Of a stretch of DNA of 64,000 bases, positions 49,596-60,109 are shown piece after piece. The notes under the pieces were generated by a model. It was given only the letters and a program-made list of their open reading frames with translations. It made no database searches and was not told where the DNA came from. A program made the position numbers and the translations under genes. The first letter of the stretch is position 1; each line of letters opens with the position of its first letter. Source of the stretch: Curvularia clavata (taxonomy: Eukaryota); contig CP089276.1 of the NCBI GenBank assembly GCA_023920165.1, positions 310,001 to 374,000 of the forward strand, given 5' to 3'.

Positions 49596-50445
49596 GAAGT
49601 AAGCAAGAAGACGTGTTTGAGCGGGTGTGGTACCTACGAAGCCATGGCGAAGAAATGTTTTTTGCTGCCATCGACTACGAGCTCTGCCCAAAGACGTCAC
49701 CGCCCGTTGGCGCAAGGTCCCCGCGCTAGCAAGTGTGGGGTGGCCGACTCTCAGGGTTCACCATGACCATCAGGAACAAGACAAGATTGGCACGCGAGAG
49801 GGTCTAATACGATGTTTTTTTTCAAACACCAAGTCTGTTCATCTATCTCCAAGCAACACTCGCTTAGCGTGAGAATTGTTGCTGCTCCTCATAGCCCGAT
49901 GACGGCTGGCATTTCTGGCTGGACATGGATTACAAACTCAATCACTGGTAATGCTCACCAGGCGGATGAGATCGCAGCAACGCCGTCTATACTACAGGGG
50001 ACACGGTGTTCTTTGGTCCGATCCGACAAATGGGCCTGGTCCGAACGCGTCCCTGAGCATGTTTCACGCCACCAGATTGTCCGGACCTCAAACCAACCTA
50101 ACATGAAAAGTGCACCTTGCTGAGGCACGACGGGTTCCACCTGCCGGCTATCATGCCAAAGCCTCGATACGTCAGCAGGGCACGACCACAATCTATTGCA
50201 ATCTAGCCGGATTGCACCATCATCTTGAAACTTGCGCATATCCCTTGGGCAAGTCCGTACACTAGCGACTCGGTTGTAGGTACATAGTCATGTATATATA
50301 TGTGCTGGTTGCGGGACTTGTCTACGATTAGCAATACACACCTCTAGCACTTGAACCTTCAAAACCTCCGCCGACCCACATCCAACCGCCAAACCACCAC
50401 CACACCTCCCCACCAAACCAACACCGCACACCTACAACCTACATC

Positions 50446-50760
50446 ATGACACACACATACAAGTTCAACGTCGCCATGAGCTGCGGCGGCTGCTCGGGCG
50501 CCATCGAGCGCGTGCTCAAGAAGCTCGAAGGTCAGTGCTGTCCCCGGTAGCGCCGAATCTCACTTGGGCTCGGCGGAGTGCACATAACAGCTTCTGACAA
50601 GCGCCCAGGTGTTGAGTCATACAACGTCTCTCTCGAGAATCAGACAGCAGAGATTGTCGCGGCCGACTCGCTCGACTACGCAACGGTCCTAGAGAAGATC
50701 AAGAAGACTGGCAAGACAGTCAAGTCAGGCGAGGCCGACGGTGAGGTCAAGGAGGTCTAG
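50446..50760 (+). CDS. ATX1: Copper chaperone Atx1 (HMA domain; intron ~50531-50608)
   Basis: MTHTYKFNVAMSCGGCSGAIERVLKKLE|GVESYNVSLE...VLEKIKKTGK: MxCxxC metal site and KTGK motif. Confidence 0.95.
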
Positions 50761-51931
50761 AGCGTATGCGCAGTTGACGGACAAGGAAATATATTCTGGT
50801 ACATTGTTTTTTTTTCTGGACAAGATGCGGTGGAGACTGCGGCCGCGTCGTGGGCAAGCTTGAAGCTGCTGCCACGGGTCTGTCTGTATACCTCGAGTAG
50901 GCTATAAATGCTACGGCTGAACAAAGGATACCCGCACCATACCTGTGTACTTTGGCATGTGCATCATGGCCCGTGAAATACAACCGAGCTGCTTTGGGGG
51001 CCTGGATGACGAGGTTGCATCGCCTTGGAGATTGGCGAGCTGCAGTGACGTTTTACGACGGCTATACGGACCTTCCATGTAGCCATGCAGCTGCCGGCGT
51101 CTCGGTGTTCCACGCAGGTGCGCCTTACCCCCAAGCGGCGCCCTGTAGTCACATGCCACGAGCTGAAGTCGGGTCGCCCTTCATGTGTCGACAAGTCATT
51201 GCAGCGCTCAATTTCTGCGCTGCTCGTCTTCCATGGCAGCTGACCACTCTCATCTCCGACTCTTCCCTTCAACTCCACCCGCAGCCCCCCTCCAATCACC
51301 ATGTTTGAATTAGTCTACCGTCCCTAAATGTTTCCCTGCGTCCCGGCGTGGCCGCTACGCGTCCCGTCTAGTAGCCATGGCCCATTGACGTGGGTGTAAA
51401 TTGTGATGCCTAACAGCCTCAAACTGTTGCAACGCCAAACATGGCAGCGGCAACCAGGCAGCCATATTAGAACCGTTCGTCCGAAGCTCGACCAACTATC
51501 CGCCCAAGCTGCTTGTAATTTATTGTTTTGAAAACCGTACCGCATGGTCCACTGTAGACCTGACTATACCAAGTAGGTAACGGGGGAGGCCGGGAACTGT
51601 CGGTTCGCGAGCGGGCTCTAACCGGAGAAAACCCACAGCCTTCACAAGGGGCTGAGCCGCATGCAACTCATCAATGCAAATCGTCACTATAGCGCAAAAG
51701 TAAACAGTCAGCACGGAATTCAGATCCGCATGACGCCCAGCCATGGCGTCGGCTACACTTGTTCAAGTTACGTGGGGTTTCCAATGATGCAACATGGCTC
51801 ACTGCTTCGACTCGTATAAAGCTCTTCCTCAGGCCTCAAGGCGAGAACCCACATCGCGCCCATAGATCAATCCCTTCCCGTCTATCTGACATCACACTAA
51901 ATCTTTCATTTTGTCCTTTTCTCGCAGCCCT

Positions 51932-52988
51932 ATGCCGTCTCCTCCAAGCTCTGTTTCCTTTCCGAGTCAAGCGGACCTATTCTACTACTGCACCACATCA
52001 TCAACCTCAGAAGAAAACCTCAACCTGCACTATGCAGCACCCTCAAGGTCCTCACTCAGAGTCGGCGTCATCATCTTCGGCAACACACAAGTCCAACTCC
52101 TCGATCTCGCCGCCGTCGACCTCCTCGCTATGATTGGCAAAAACCGACTCTGCAAAGTAAACCCCACGGCGGCAGCAATGGACCAGGCCGTGGACGAAAT
52201 CGACATTCGATACGTCAGTCTGACTGGAGAAGGGAGTTTCCCTGTCACGGCTGGCTCACGAATGCCGGTGACGGTGAGCTAAAGCCTCCGTTATCATCGA
52301 ACCCTCCTTTACCTATCCCCCTTACCTACCGTACCAAGCGCCCCGCCAACTCTCTTTTGGCCAAGAAGAGCCACCCTTTTTGGTCGTTTGCTGGATTCTG
52401 CCTGGTCTTGGCTGCCTTTTCCCCCCGAAAGTAGTCATCTCTGACAAGTCTGGCAGAGAGAGGTAAAGGTTAACGCGATTCCCTGTTCTTCATTCTCCCC
52501 CTTCTTCCGTCTCCATCTCCTGCAAAAGAGAACCATGTAACTGACTTTTTTTGGTGTAGAACTCATTCGCAAATGCCCCCCAATTCGACATCATCATCAT
52601 CCCCGGAACTTGCACTCAAACCGAATTACCACCCTACGCCTCCTCCTTCCTGACTTCTCAATGCCTAAACCCAAACCTCATCGCCATTATGAGTATCGCT
52701 TCTGGTATCTCGAACCTCATCCAAGCTGGCAGTCTGCACGGCACACGAGCCGCAGCACCCCGCTCGCTTCTACCCTCACTCAAGCAGCGGTATCCAGAGA
52801 CGCAGTGGCAGTATTCACCCTGGGCTCGCCACGGCAAAGTCTGGACTAGCAATTCGGCTATCTCCGCTCTCGAAATGGTTGCAGACTGGATGCGCGAATA
52901 CTTTTGGGACCGCAGCGAGGCTGTCGAATGTGCGTTATCGGCGTCGGGAATGGGCTCGGGCTATGATTACAGTCACTGTGACTATTGA
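51932..52988 (+). CDS. DJ-1/PfpI (class I glutamine amidotransferase-like) family protein, apparently lacking the nucleophile Cys (long intron 52274-52559)
   Basis: LRVGVIIFGNTQVQLLDLAAVDLL...PVT|NSFANAPQFDIIIIPG...IMSIASGISNLIQAGSLHGTRAAAP...WARHGKVWTS. Confidence 0.8.
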
Positions 52989-53579
52989 TGTTTTGGACGG
53001 CTATTGCGTGCCGTGGACCGCTTTCTTATACTTGTCGGGAGTTTTTGGGTACACTCTACACTCGTCTATGAGCATATACCCTAAAAACCGCGTTCAAGGC
53101 CTTGCATGTTTGGACATGCACTGTTTTATGATTTTTAAGAGAATCTCCTGGATCGTAGCGCCCCTCTTTTTCGGCAGCTCTTCAGATGGATAAGGTGTAG
53201 TTTTCAGGTTTTCTTTCCAGCTGTAACATATCTTGTACAATACCTGTATTTGTATTGTTTGTTTTATATTGCTTCTCAGCACGTTTGGAAGTCTAGCATT
53301 GAAAATAGTACACGCAATTCCACAGGCACTTCATTGATTGAGCCAGTCAAAACTAGAAGGTCCTCTTGCACATCATTTGGTACGTATGTATTATTAATCC
53401 GTTTCATTCTCCATATACGGAAGAAACCGTGCTACGGTTCTGAGAGACAAACAAACCCTATTAATCGCTCCTGGAATCATGCATAAACTTCTCTTCAAAC
53501 ATGTGTAGCTTCTCTGGCTTCCTCCCTAGCACTCTGTTGACAAGAACAGGGATAGGAAAAAATTGGGAGATGGCTCCAT

Positions 53580-55973
53580 TCACAAATACAGCCCCATCCA
53601 CGCCATAGCCTTAGCAATCTCACCCTTCTTCCTTGTTTCAATCTTCCCCCTCTCCTTCTGACGCTGCTGCGTTGCAATCTCACTCACAGAATCAAAGCTG
53701 AAACTCGACCGCACCTGATCTGTGCTACATCGTACATCGCGCTGGAGAAGCTGGTCGGCGATGAGAAGAGCTTCGTTCGTGACGCTGGCGAGGCTCTCGT
53801 GGCGGTTGTGGTGGCTTGGAAGGGGTTCAACAAAAGCACCGGCCGTGAGGACTTCATAGTGGCCTGCTAGTGTGTTGGCTTCTCCATGTGTGTTAGGTGG
53901 ATTGGCGCGAGGCCACCCATTGTGGTCTGCACTCATGCTAACCTTTGGTAGCGAGGTTTTGCTCGAGTCCGTGGATGGTTGGTGCTGTGAAGAGGCCTTC
54001 GACTTGGGATCAAAAGATGCAGTGAAAATGGAGCGCGAGATGTTTCCCGCTTTGGACAGTATAGTACGAAGCAAGGGTTGAGGCTTCTTAGTGGAGAATG
54101 TCATTGCAGGGACTGATGCAGGTGCGGGAGTGAGATGTTCAGGCGTTGCAATATCCTTCTTCTGTTTCTTTGGATCTTGGGCGGGAACTGTGATAGGGTC
54201 CTGAAGGAAAAGATTTCGCGATGATGAAGTTGACTCTCTAGGAAGTTGAATGCCAAAGTCTAGCATGTGCTCCAACTTGATAGGTTTTTTCGCTAGCAGC
54301 GGCGTGATTGCTGCAATATGGGCATCTCCACCCACGAGGCTCTGATCTTGCTTCCGTAATACTTGCTGGCAGGTGAGCTGTTCCTCAGTACCACAATCTA
54401 CATCTCCATGTGAAGGTTTCTTCTTCTCGATTGGTCGCATCTGTCGCTCACGATCAACTCTCAGATAAGCCCTGGACGATCCATTACTCATCATATTGGC
54501 GGTTCTGCCCTCTGTCAAATAAGCAGACGTATGGTCTTCATTTCTCTCGATTTGCAGACTTCTTCTTGGCAGCAGAAAACTTCCTTTTTGCCATATTCCC
54601 TCATCTCGGGAAGTATTCTCGTGGTTGCAGGTAACGGTAAAGTGATTCTTGGACCTTAGAGTTTCACTTGCATCAACCAACTCTGGTTTTCCCAGGTTCG
54701 ACTTGGCATCCTGTGTCATATTTTCCCTGAGGTCCGGAGTAGAGTAGTTACCTTTCATGTTGTTTGCCCGTGAGTCTAATCTGGAATAGGCTGCAGAGAA
54801 TGGCAAACTGATATTGTGCAAGCCGCGATCACCTACCCGCCCTGAATACACGACTTCAGGTACATCCCGCGGGATGTTGTCTGTATCTAAGATGATGTGT
54901 GGATAACGAGGATCCATTTGGGGATTAGGCGCTTGGGTACCAGTTGCTTTCCAGTACGACTTCAATCTGTCCCAACGACAATCATATAGGCGCCTTGTAG
55001 TCGATGGCTTCTCGCTTGAAAAAGTCTTTTCGTCCTTGGTTGCCAAAGGGTTCGGCAAAGAAGGTTGCGAGTGTGCAGTGAGATAGTCACGTGTGTTCGA
55101 AGGGATATGATTGCCGTAAGCGTCTCTTCCATTGTTCAATGGCGAGGCTGGGTAGACAGAGTTAATGGACAAACTATTACGCGGCATATACTCGCGGACA
55201 TCTCCCAATGGTGATTTAGGGGGAAATAATGATAGTGGGACATATCTGGGAGCGAAGGAGCGATCAGAGTCCCTGCTATTTCGCATAAGAGAAACGGCCT
55301 CAGTGGGTGAAGAGTCCGATAGTCCATGTGTAAGCCAGTCGAATACTTTGGTATCTGATGTTTTGCGTTGGTACTGAGATGACTGTAAAGAGTGACTGGT
55401 GAGACCCAAGCCAGTTTTCGTGACCGTCGAGGTTGTAGCATGGCAGCTGCCCGATTGAGTCGCCGTGTGTTTAAATACGTCAACGAACTCAGCGTCAATC
55501 TTGCTATGGTCTTCAAAATCTTCTTGATTATTTTCACTTGAAATGGTCAAGTGTGGTATCAACGGGGTTGGATACAGCGGCTCCTCAAGGTCGTCTGGGA
55601 AGCCCACGTCCACTCCTGCAAAGCTCCTGCGATGCTCATACGAAACACCCTCCGCCCCGTCGGCATGCGACCGCTTGTTCTGAATCTTTGCATTAGGAGT
55701 TTTCCAATCTTCTCTGAGCTCTGGACCGCGCTTGTTGTTGGTCTTATGGGAAACCGGGCCGTATGACCTCTGTTGCTTGTCCACAGACCTGCAATCGGCG
55801 CCTTCAAGTAGAGCCCTTGAAGCAGCAGATGATGGAGTGCCTGCCATATTTGCTGTATTCAACCTGACACTGTAGAGCTTTGGTTGATATGCGGATTCAT
55901 TTCGTAAGTGGCTCCGTGAGGGTATGGGAGGTGGGGTTTCTGGTGGTTCTGGGGAAGGAGCCGTTTGCACCAT
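53580..55973 (-). CDS. Hypothetical 797-aa, largely disordered orphan protein
   Basis: 2.4-kb uninterrupted ATG-initiated ORF, Ser/Pro/Thr-rich; no recognisable domain. Confidence 0.75.
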   Translation of the reverse strand: MVQTAPSPEPPETPPPIPSRSHLRNESAYQPKLYSVRLNTANMAGTPSSAASRALLEGADCRSVDKQQRSYGPVSHKTNNKRGPELREDWKTPNAKIQNKRSHADGAEGVSYEHRRSFAGVDVGFPDDLEEPLYPTPLIPHLTISSENNQEDFEDHSKIDAEFVDVFKHTATQSGSCHATTSTVTKTGLGLTSHSLQSSQYQRKTSDTKVFDWLTHGLSDSSPTEAVSLMRNSRDSDRSFAPRYVPLSLFPPKSPLGDVREYMPRNSLSINSVYPASPLNNGRDAYGNHIPSNTRDYLTAHSQPSLPNPLATKDEKTFSSEKPSTTRRLYDCRWDRLKSYWKATGTQAPNPQMDPRYPHIILDTDNIPRDVPEVVYSGRVGDRGLHNISLPFSAAYSRLDSRANNMKGNYSTPDLRENMTQDAKSNLGKPELVDASETLRSKNHFTVTCNHENTSRDEGIWQKGSFLLPRRSLQIERNEDHTSAYLTEGRTANMMSNGSSRAYLRVDRERQMRPIEKKKPSHGDVDCGTEEQLTCQQVLRKQDQSLVGGDAHIAAITPLLAKKPIKLEHMLDFGIQLPRESTSSSRNLFLQDPITVPAQDPKKQKKDIATPEHLTPAPASVPAMTFSTKKPQPLLRTILSKAGNISRSIFTASFDPKSKASSQHQPSTDSSKTSLPKVSMSADHNGWPRANPPNTHGEANTLAGHYEVLTAGAFVEPLPSHHNRHESLASVTNEALLIADQLLQRDVRCSTDQVRSSFSFDSVSEIATQQRQKERGKIETRKKGEIAKAMAWMGLYL

Positions 55974-56526
55974 GAAGAAGGCACGCCAGTACTAAAAATG
56001 GACGCAAGTGACTTTGCAGGGCACGCTTACAGATGTGAAGAGTCAAATTTGAAGCACAAAAAATCAAGCAAGGATTGGTCTACTTGACTCCGCACAGTGT
56101 TTGTCTGCAGGTGCAGCACCAGCGTCAGTTTACTATGTTCCGATCAGTTCAGTAGCGGTAATGATCATGCATCCATGTGCAGGGCAGTTTTTGCAACACT
56201 GACCACCATACTTTGTCAGGAGACCTTAAAGAGAACCACTTAACAAGATTCTAATGACATTGTCTTCGCTCAGCCAAGTGAACGAAAATTCTTAACAACT
56301 AAGTGATTCAATACTTGCAGTAACCACAGCACATTCAGCCACGTTGCCCCCTAAACGCCCAAAGCTCCAATGCTACTAATGTTCGAAAATGGGCGGTGTA
56401 TGTACAGACAAACGAACAAACGAAGAGGTATGCTTACTAGAATATCTCCGCCCCCAACGTATCATTAAACGCCCGGTGAATATGCCTGTCGATCTGTAGA
56501 AATCATGGTAACTATCCGCCTTGCGG

Positions 56527-57869
56527 TTATTCCTCTGCTTCTTCCTGTATTCTCTCGCCCTCCTTCTTCAGCTTCTGATGAACAATCTTCAACGATTCAA
56601 ATGTGAGCATGGTCGTCACGGCTGCAGGAACAGCGCGTACCATGTTGGTGCCCATTCCATTATAAAAAGCTCTCCAGCCTTCTTCTTGCAGGATGACATT
56701 GCATGTTCGAAGTATGCCCCGGTAGCGAGGCAAGTTGATCATACCATCTGACGAAGCGGTGCCTGGCGGGCGTGTATGAATCTGATCGTGGTGGCCTCCT
56801 CGAAATGTAACATGATTGTCTGAATGCTCAGGAAGCGCTCTTTGTTGCGTCTGCAGCCGCGTGCGCAATACTTCATGTGGGTATGTCGCCGATGTCGCGG
56901 TCATTTTGCTGAGTACAGTGGCCAGCGCAATAGCAAACCAATGTACTTCCTCAGTCTTTGCATCTGTTTGACCCATTTCTAGGCCAGTAAATTTCATCTT
57001 TAGGAACTCGTATAACGGAAACTGGATAGCAACGTGTGTGAGTCCAAGCAGAGCCGGTGTAAGTCCAGAATAGAACGATGCAATGCCTTCTTTGGCGTAC
57101 ATCTTGCGGAAAGCGTCAAATGTGTTTCTATAGTGCCATGGCGGCCGGTGTTCGTCTGATGCGCGAGCGCTGACTTGTGACATCAATCTCGTCTTTACGA
57201 CCCAAATGGGATTGGTTACCAGGGTCGAACAACCACCAGCGACTAATGAGGCAATGGTTCGCGCGAGCCATTTGTTCTCTGCAGGGCGGGTTTTGTCAGC
57301 AACGCAAACTCAAATATTTTGAGTCAAGACTTACCCATCTGAGGATAGAGAAAATTCTTGGTTTGGTCGTATGTGCTCATGTAGACGGCCCAGGTGGGAA
57401 TGTAGCCAAGCAGCATTGGCCCGAGGCCTCTGTACAGACCACGGATGCCGTCCTCGACCCAGATGATGCGTGCGGTGCCGCCGAGGCCTTTGTACACGGT
57501 GCGGGGCGGTCCGGTATATTTTCGTGGGCGAAAAGAGCCCTGCGCCTGCAATCGCGTCTTGATGACATCAAGTGGGCAGGTCACGATGCCCGAAGCCACG
57601 CCAGCAGAAGCGCCGCACAGCGCATTCACGGAGCCATCGGGCAGATTGGCGACCTTGACTGCCAGGCTCGCAATGGGCGAACTCCAAGTTCTCTGCTTGG
57701 GAGGTATCGACATGTCGCGCTGTTGAACACCAAGGGCGGCTGGCGCATACCGGTCGTGAACTTTCGTCGGGGACGGCGGCTCGGAATCATGTGTCGACAT
57801 CTGGGGCACTGCAGCCGTCGGGTCATTAGAGCCAGTTCCTGGGGTGGTGAAAGCGTGGGTGGGTTGCAT
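56527..57869 (-). CDS. Mitochondrial carrier, NAD+ transporter (Ndt1/Yia6)-like (intron ~57279-57334; start could be 57803)
   Basis: Three carrier signatures CPLDVIKTRLQAQ, NPIWVVKTRLMSQ and YPHEVLRTRLQTQ; GYIPTWAVYM and GLTHVAIQFPLYE are typical of the NAD+ carrier subfamily. Confidence 0.9.
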
Positions 57870-58208
57870 ACAGGCCGTCGTCCCCTTTGCGGTGCCTCAG
57901 TGTGCGGAAACCCCGCAGCACTTGAGTAACACAAGAACTAACAATTGTTCGGCTCCATTGACGAGCGGACGAGAAGCGGAGGTGCCGTGGGGGTTGCCAG
58001 AGCAGGCGACTATGGCGGTGACTCTGGGATGGCGGCACAGGGCGAGAAAGTGTGCGGCGCGGTGCTGTGGCCGTCGTGGTAGTGCAGAGCTTGGGTGTGG
58101 ATGCGACGTCAGAGCCAGTGTCAAAGCACGAGTGAAGCTGCTTGCTTGGGCGGGTGGGGAACACCTCGCTGATTAAGCCGCAGGCCCGCCGCCGGCCACG
58201 CCCAGCCT

Positions 58209-58213
58209 ATTGG
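58209..58213 (-). promoter_or_regulatory. CCAAT box in the divergent promoter of QCR7 and the mitochondrial carrier
   Basis: ATTGG about 110 nt upstream of the QCR7 ATG; HAP/CBC control of respiratory genes is established in fungi. Confidence 0.4.
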
Positions 58214-58321
58214 CTTTCGTTTCTTTCGCATTACGACCTCACCACCTCCGACTGTCAAAACTGCAATTGACGGCAGCACCAACCCTCGACATCCCCGATC
58301 CGCCGTCGAACCACCGCAACC

Positions 58322-58928
58322 ATGTCTGCGCCGTCTCTCGCCCCCTACATTATGAAGCGCCCCTGGCTGCAGCGCTGGATGAAGCCCCTCTCCAACTGGT
58401 ACTGCAATGCCGCGGGCTACAGGCAGCTTGGTCTGAGGTACGGAGCCCCGATGCGAACACCGTGTGCCGGTGGCCAAGGAGGAACACCGTGGCGGAATAT
58501 TTTAGGCTGAAGAATGATGGGCTGACGGGAATTGCGCTACAGGGCCGATGATCTGCTCCCCGAGGAGAACGACACCGTCCAGACCGCTCTCAAGCGTCTC
58601 CAGCCCAAGGAGGCCTACGACCGTGTCTTCCGCCTGCGCCGGGCCTTCCAGGTACTTTCTAGACTAACAGTGCTATATTTGGGAATGGTAAACGACTAAC
58701 AAGAGGCAGCTCTCCATGTCCCACTCGCTTCTGCCCAAGGAAGAGTGGACCAAGGCCGAGGATGTAAGGACAACGCTCGATATGCGACTATCAGATGCTG
58801 ACTAGCCATAGGACGTCCCATACCTCAGCCCCATAATTAAGGACATCGAGGCCGAGATGGCCGAGCGTGAGGACTTTGAGACCATGATCGTCCAGAAAAG
58901 GCAGAGGAACGCCGCCAGCGGCCACTAA
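58322..58928 (+). CDS. QCR7: Cytochrome bc1 complex subunit 7 (introns ~58438-58542, 58652-58709, 58764-58811)
   Basis: [77 protein letters not shown]. Confidence 0.96.
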
Positions 58929-59907
58929 ATGAGTGTGCATAGGTCTGGGATGACCTTTTTTCCGAGCTGGTGGAGCGAGTTTGGGGGTTGCGCAATAGAG
59001 TGTACCATACCAATGTCTTTTGAACAGGAATCATCTCCATTGCATTTGGACAATCGTTCCCTTTGTTGAGCTTCGGCAGATTGGGACTGAACGTGATGCC
59101 TGCGAATGCTTAGAATGCAGTACAGGATATGCGGCAATGTGTACCGTGAGAGTTCACTTTAAAGGGAATAATGGCTCGGGAGGGTCAGCATCGCGCCATG
59201 TTCACCGAGTACATTTCCACTGACTTTGTCACTTCACACAAATGCTTTCTGTCCATCACAAGAGACAAGAGTTGGCATAGCTCTCGATGGTGGCGACTTG
59301 TACTCTTGACGCGGCGGCGCAACTACGGATAAACGCATCATAGACTGTGACTACGAGCCATTCAAAAGGTACCACAATTTGATACTAACTTCCTTTGAAT
59401 GCTGATGCGATAGGTAATCCGCACACCTAGGTGTTGCATTTTTAGGCTGGAGCTGAGTACTAGATTGATGTGCAGGGGTGTCGTGCCGTGCCGTGTAGAC
59501 GTACCAGCTAACAACACCGTCCTCTAGCCAGAAGCATGTCTTTCCACCGTCTCACTTGGTTGTCAACGCTAGAAGCCTGGTAAAGCTATGCCTCAAGACA
59601 TCTGCTGCAGTTCAGATTCGAGAATCCATTCCGGTAGTATTCAAGGTTCTTTGGCTACTTCTCCATACCCCCCGAGCCAAGTAAACAGCCTAGTAGTTTC
59701 AAATTACCAGGCCATCTCATCATTTGCAAACGCTGCCTGAACATATGCAGAAAGGCTTCAGAAGAATTGTGTCGATCATGACCATAAGCTCATTGTTACC
59801 AATAGGGATGAGTAATGCGAAGCATATCGAGCTTCCGGATATGTCAGCGCCGCGCGGTCATGTGCTCAGGCGTCAGCTAGGCTGAACAAAAGAAGCCTCA
59901 TCGCGCA

Positions 59908-59913
59908 ACGCGT
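59908..59913. promoter_or_regulatory. MCB box (ACGCGT) upstream of the DNA glycosylase gene
   Basis: tcgcgcaACGCGT about 200 nt upstream of ATG 60110, with additional CGCG cores nearby. Confidence 0.4.
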
Positions 59914-60109
59914 CAAGCTTCATGATTCTTACAACGAATGAGCTTATGCTTAGCAGAGAAATCATATTGGGACGAGTTCTGAAACGCACTGTACGTCAGT
60001 TTACCCAACGTCGCCGCAACCCCTGAACAGCTGTGCGCTTACCGTATGACGTCAGGTTGTATTGACCAGAAGAGCCACCATCCGTTGGAACATCTGCGAT
60101 ACACAAATC

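Noticed and set aside
49596..49715. 40-aa N-terminal extension of PalA in the ORF track
   Set aside because: It starts at a non-ATG codon; the family-like start MASNIL is at 49595.
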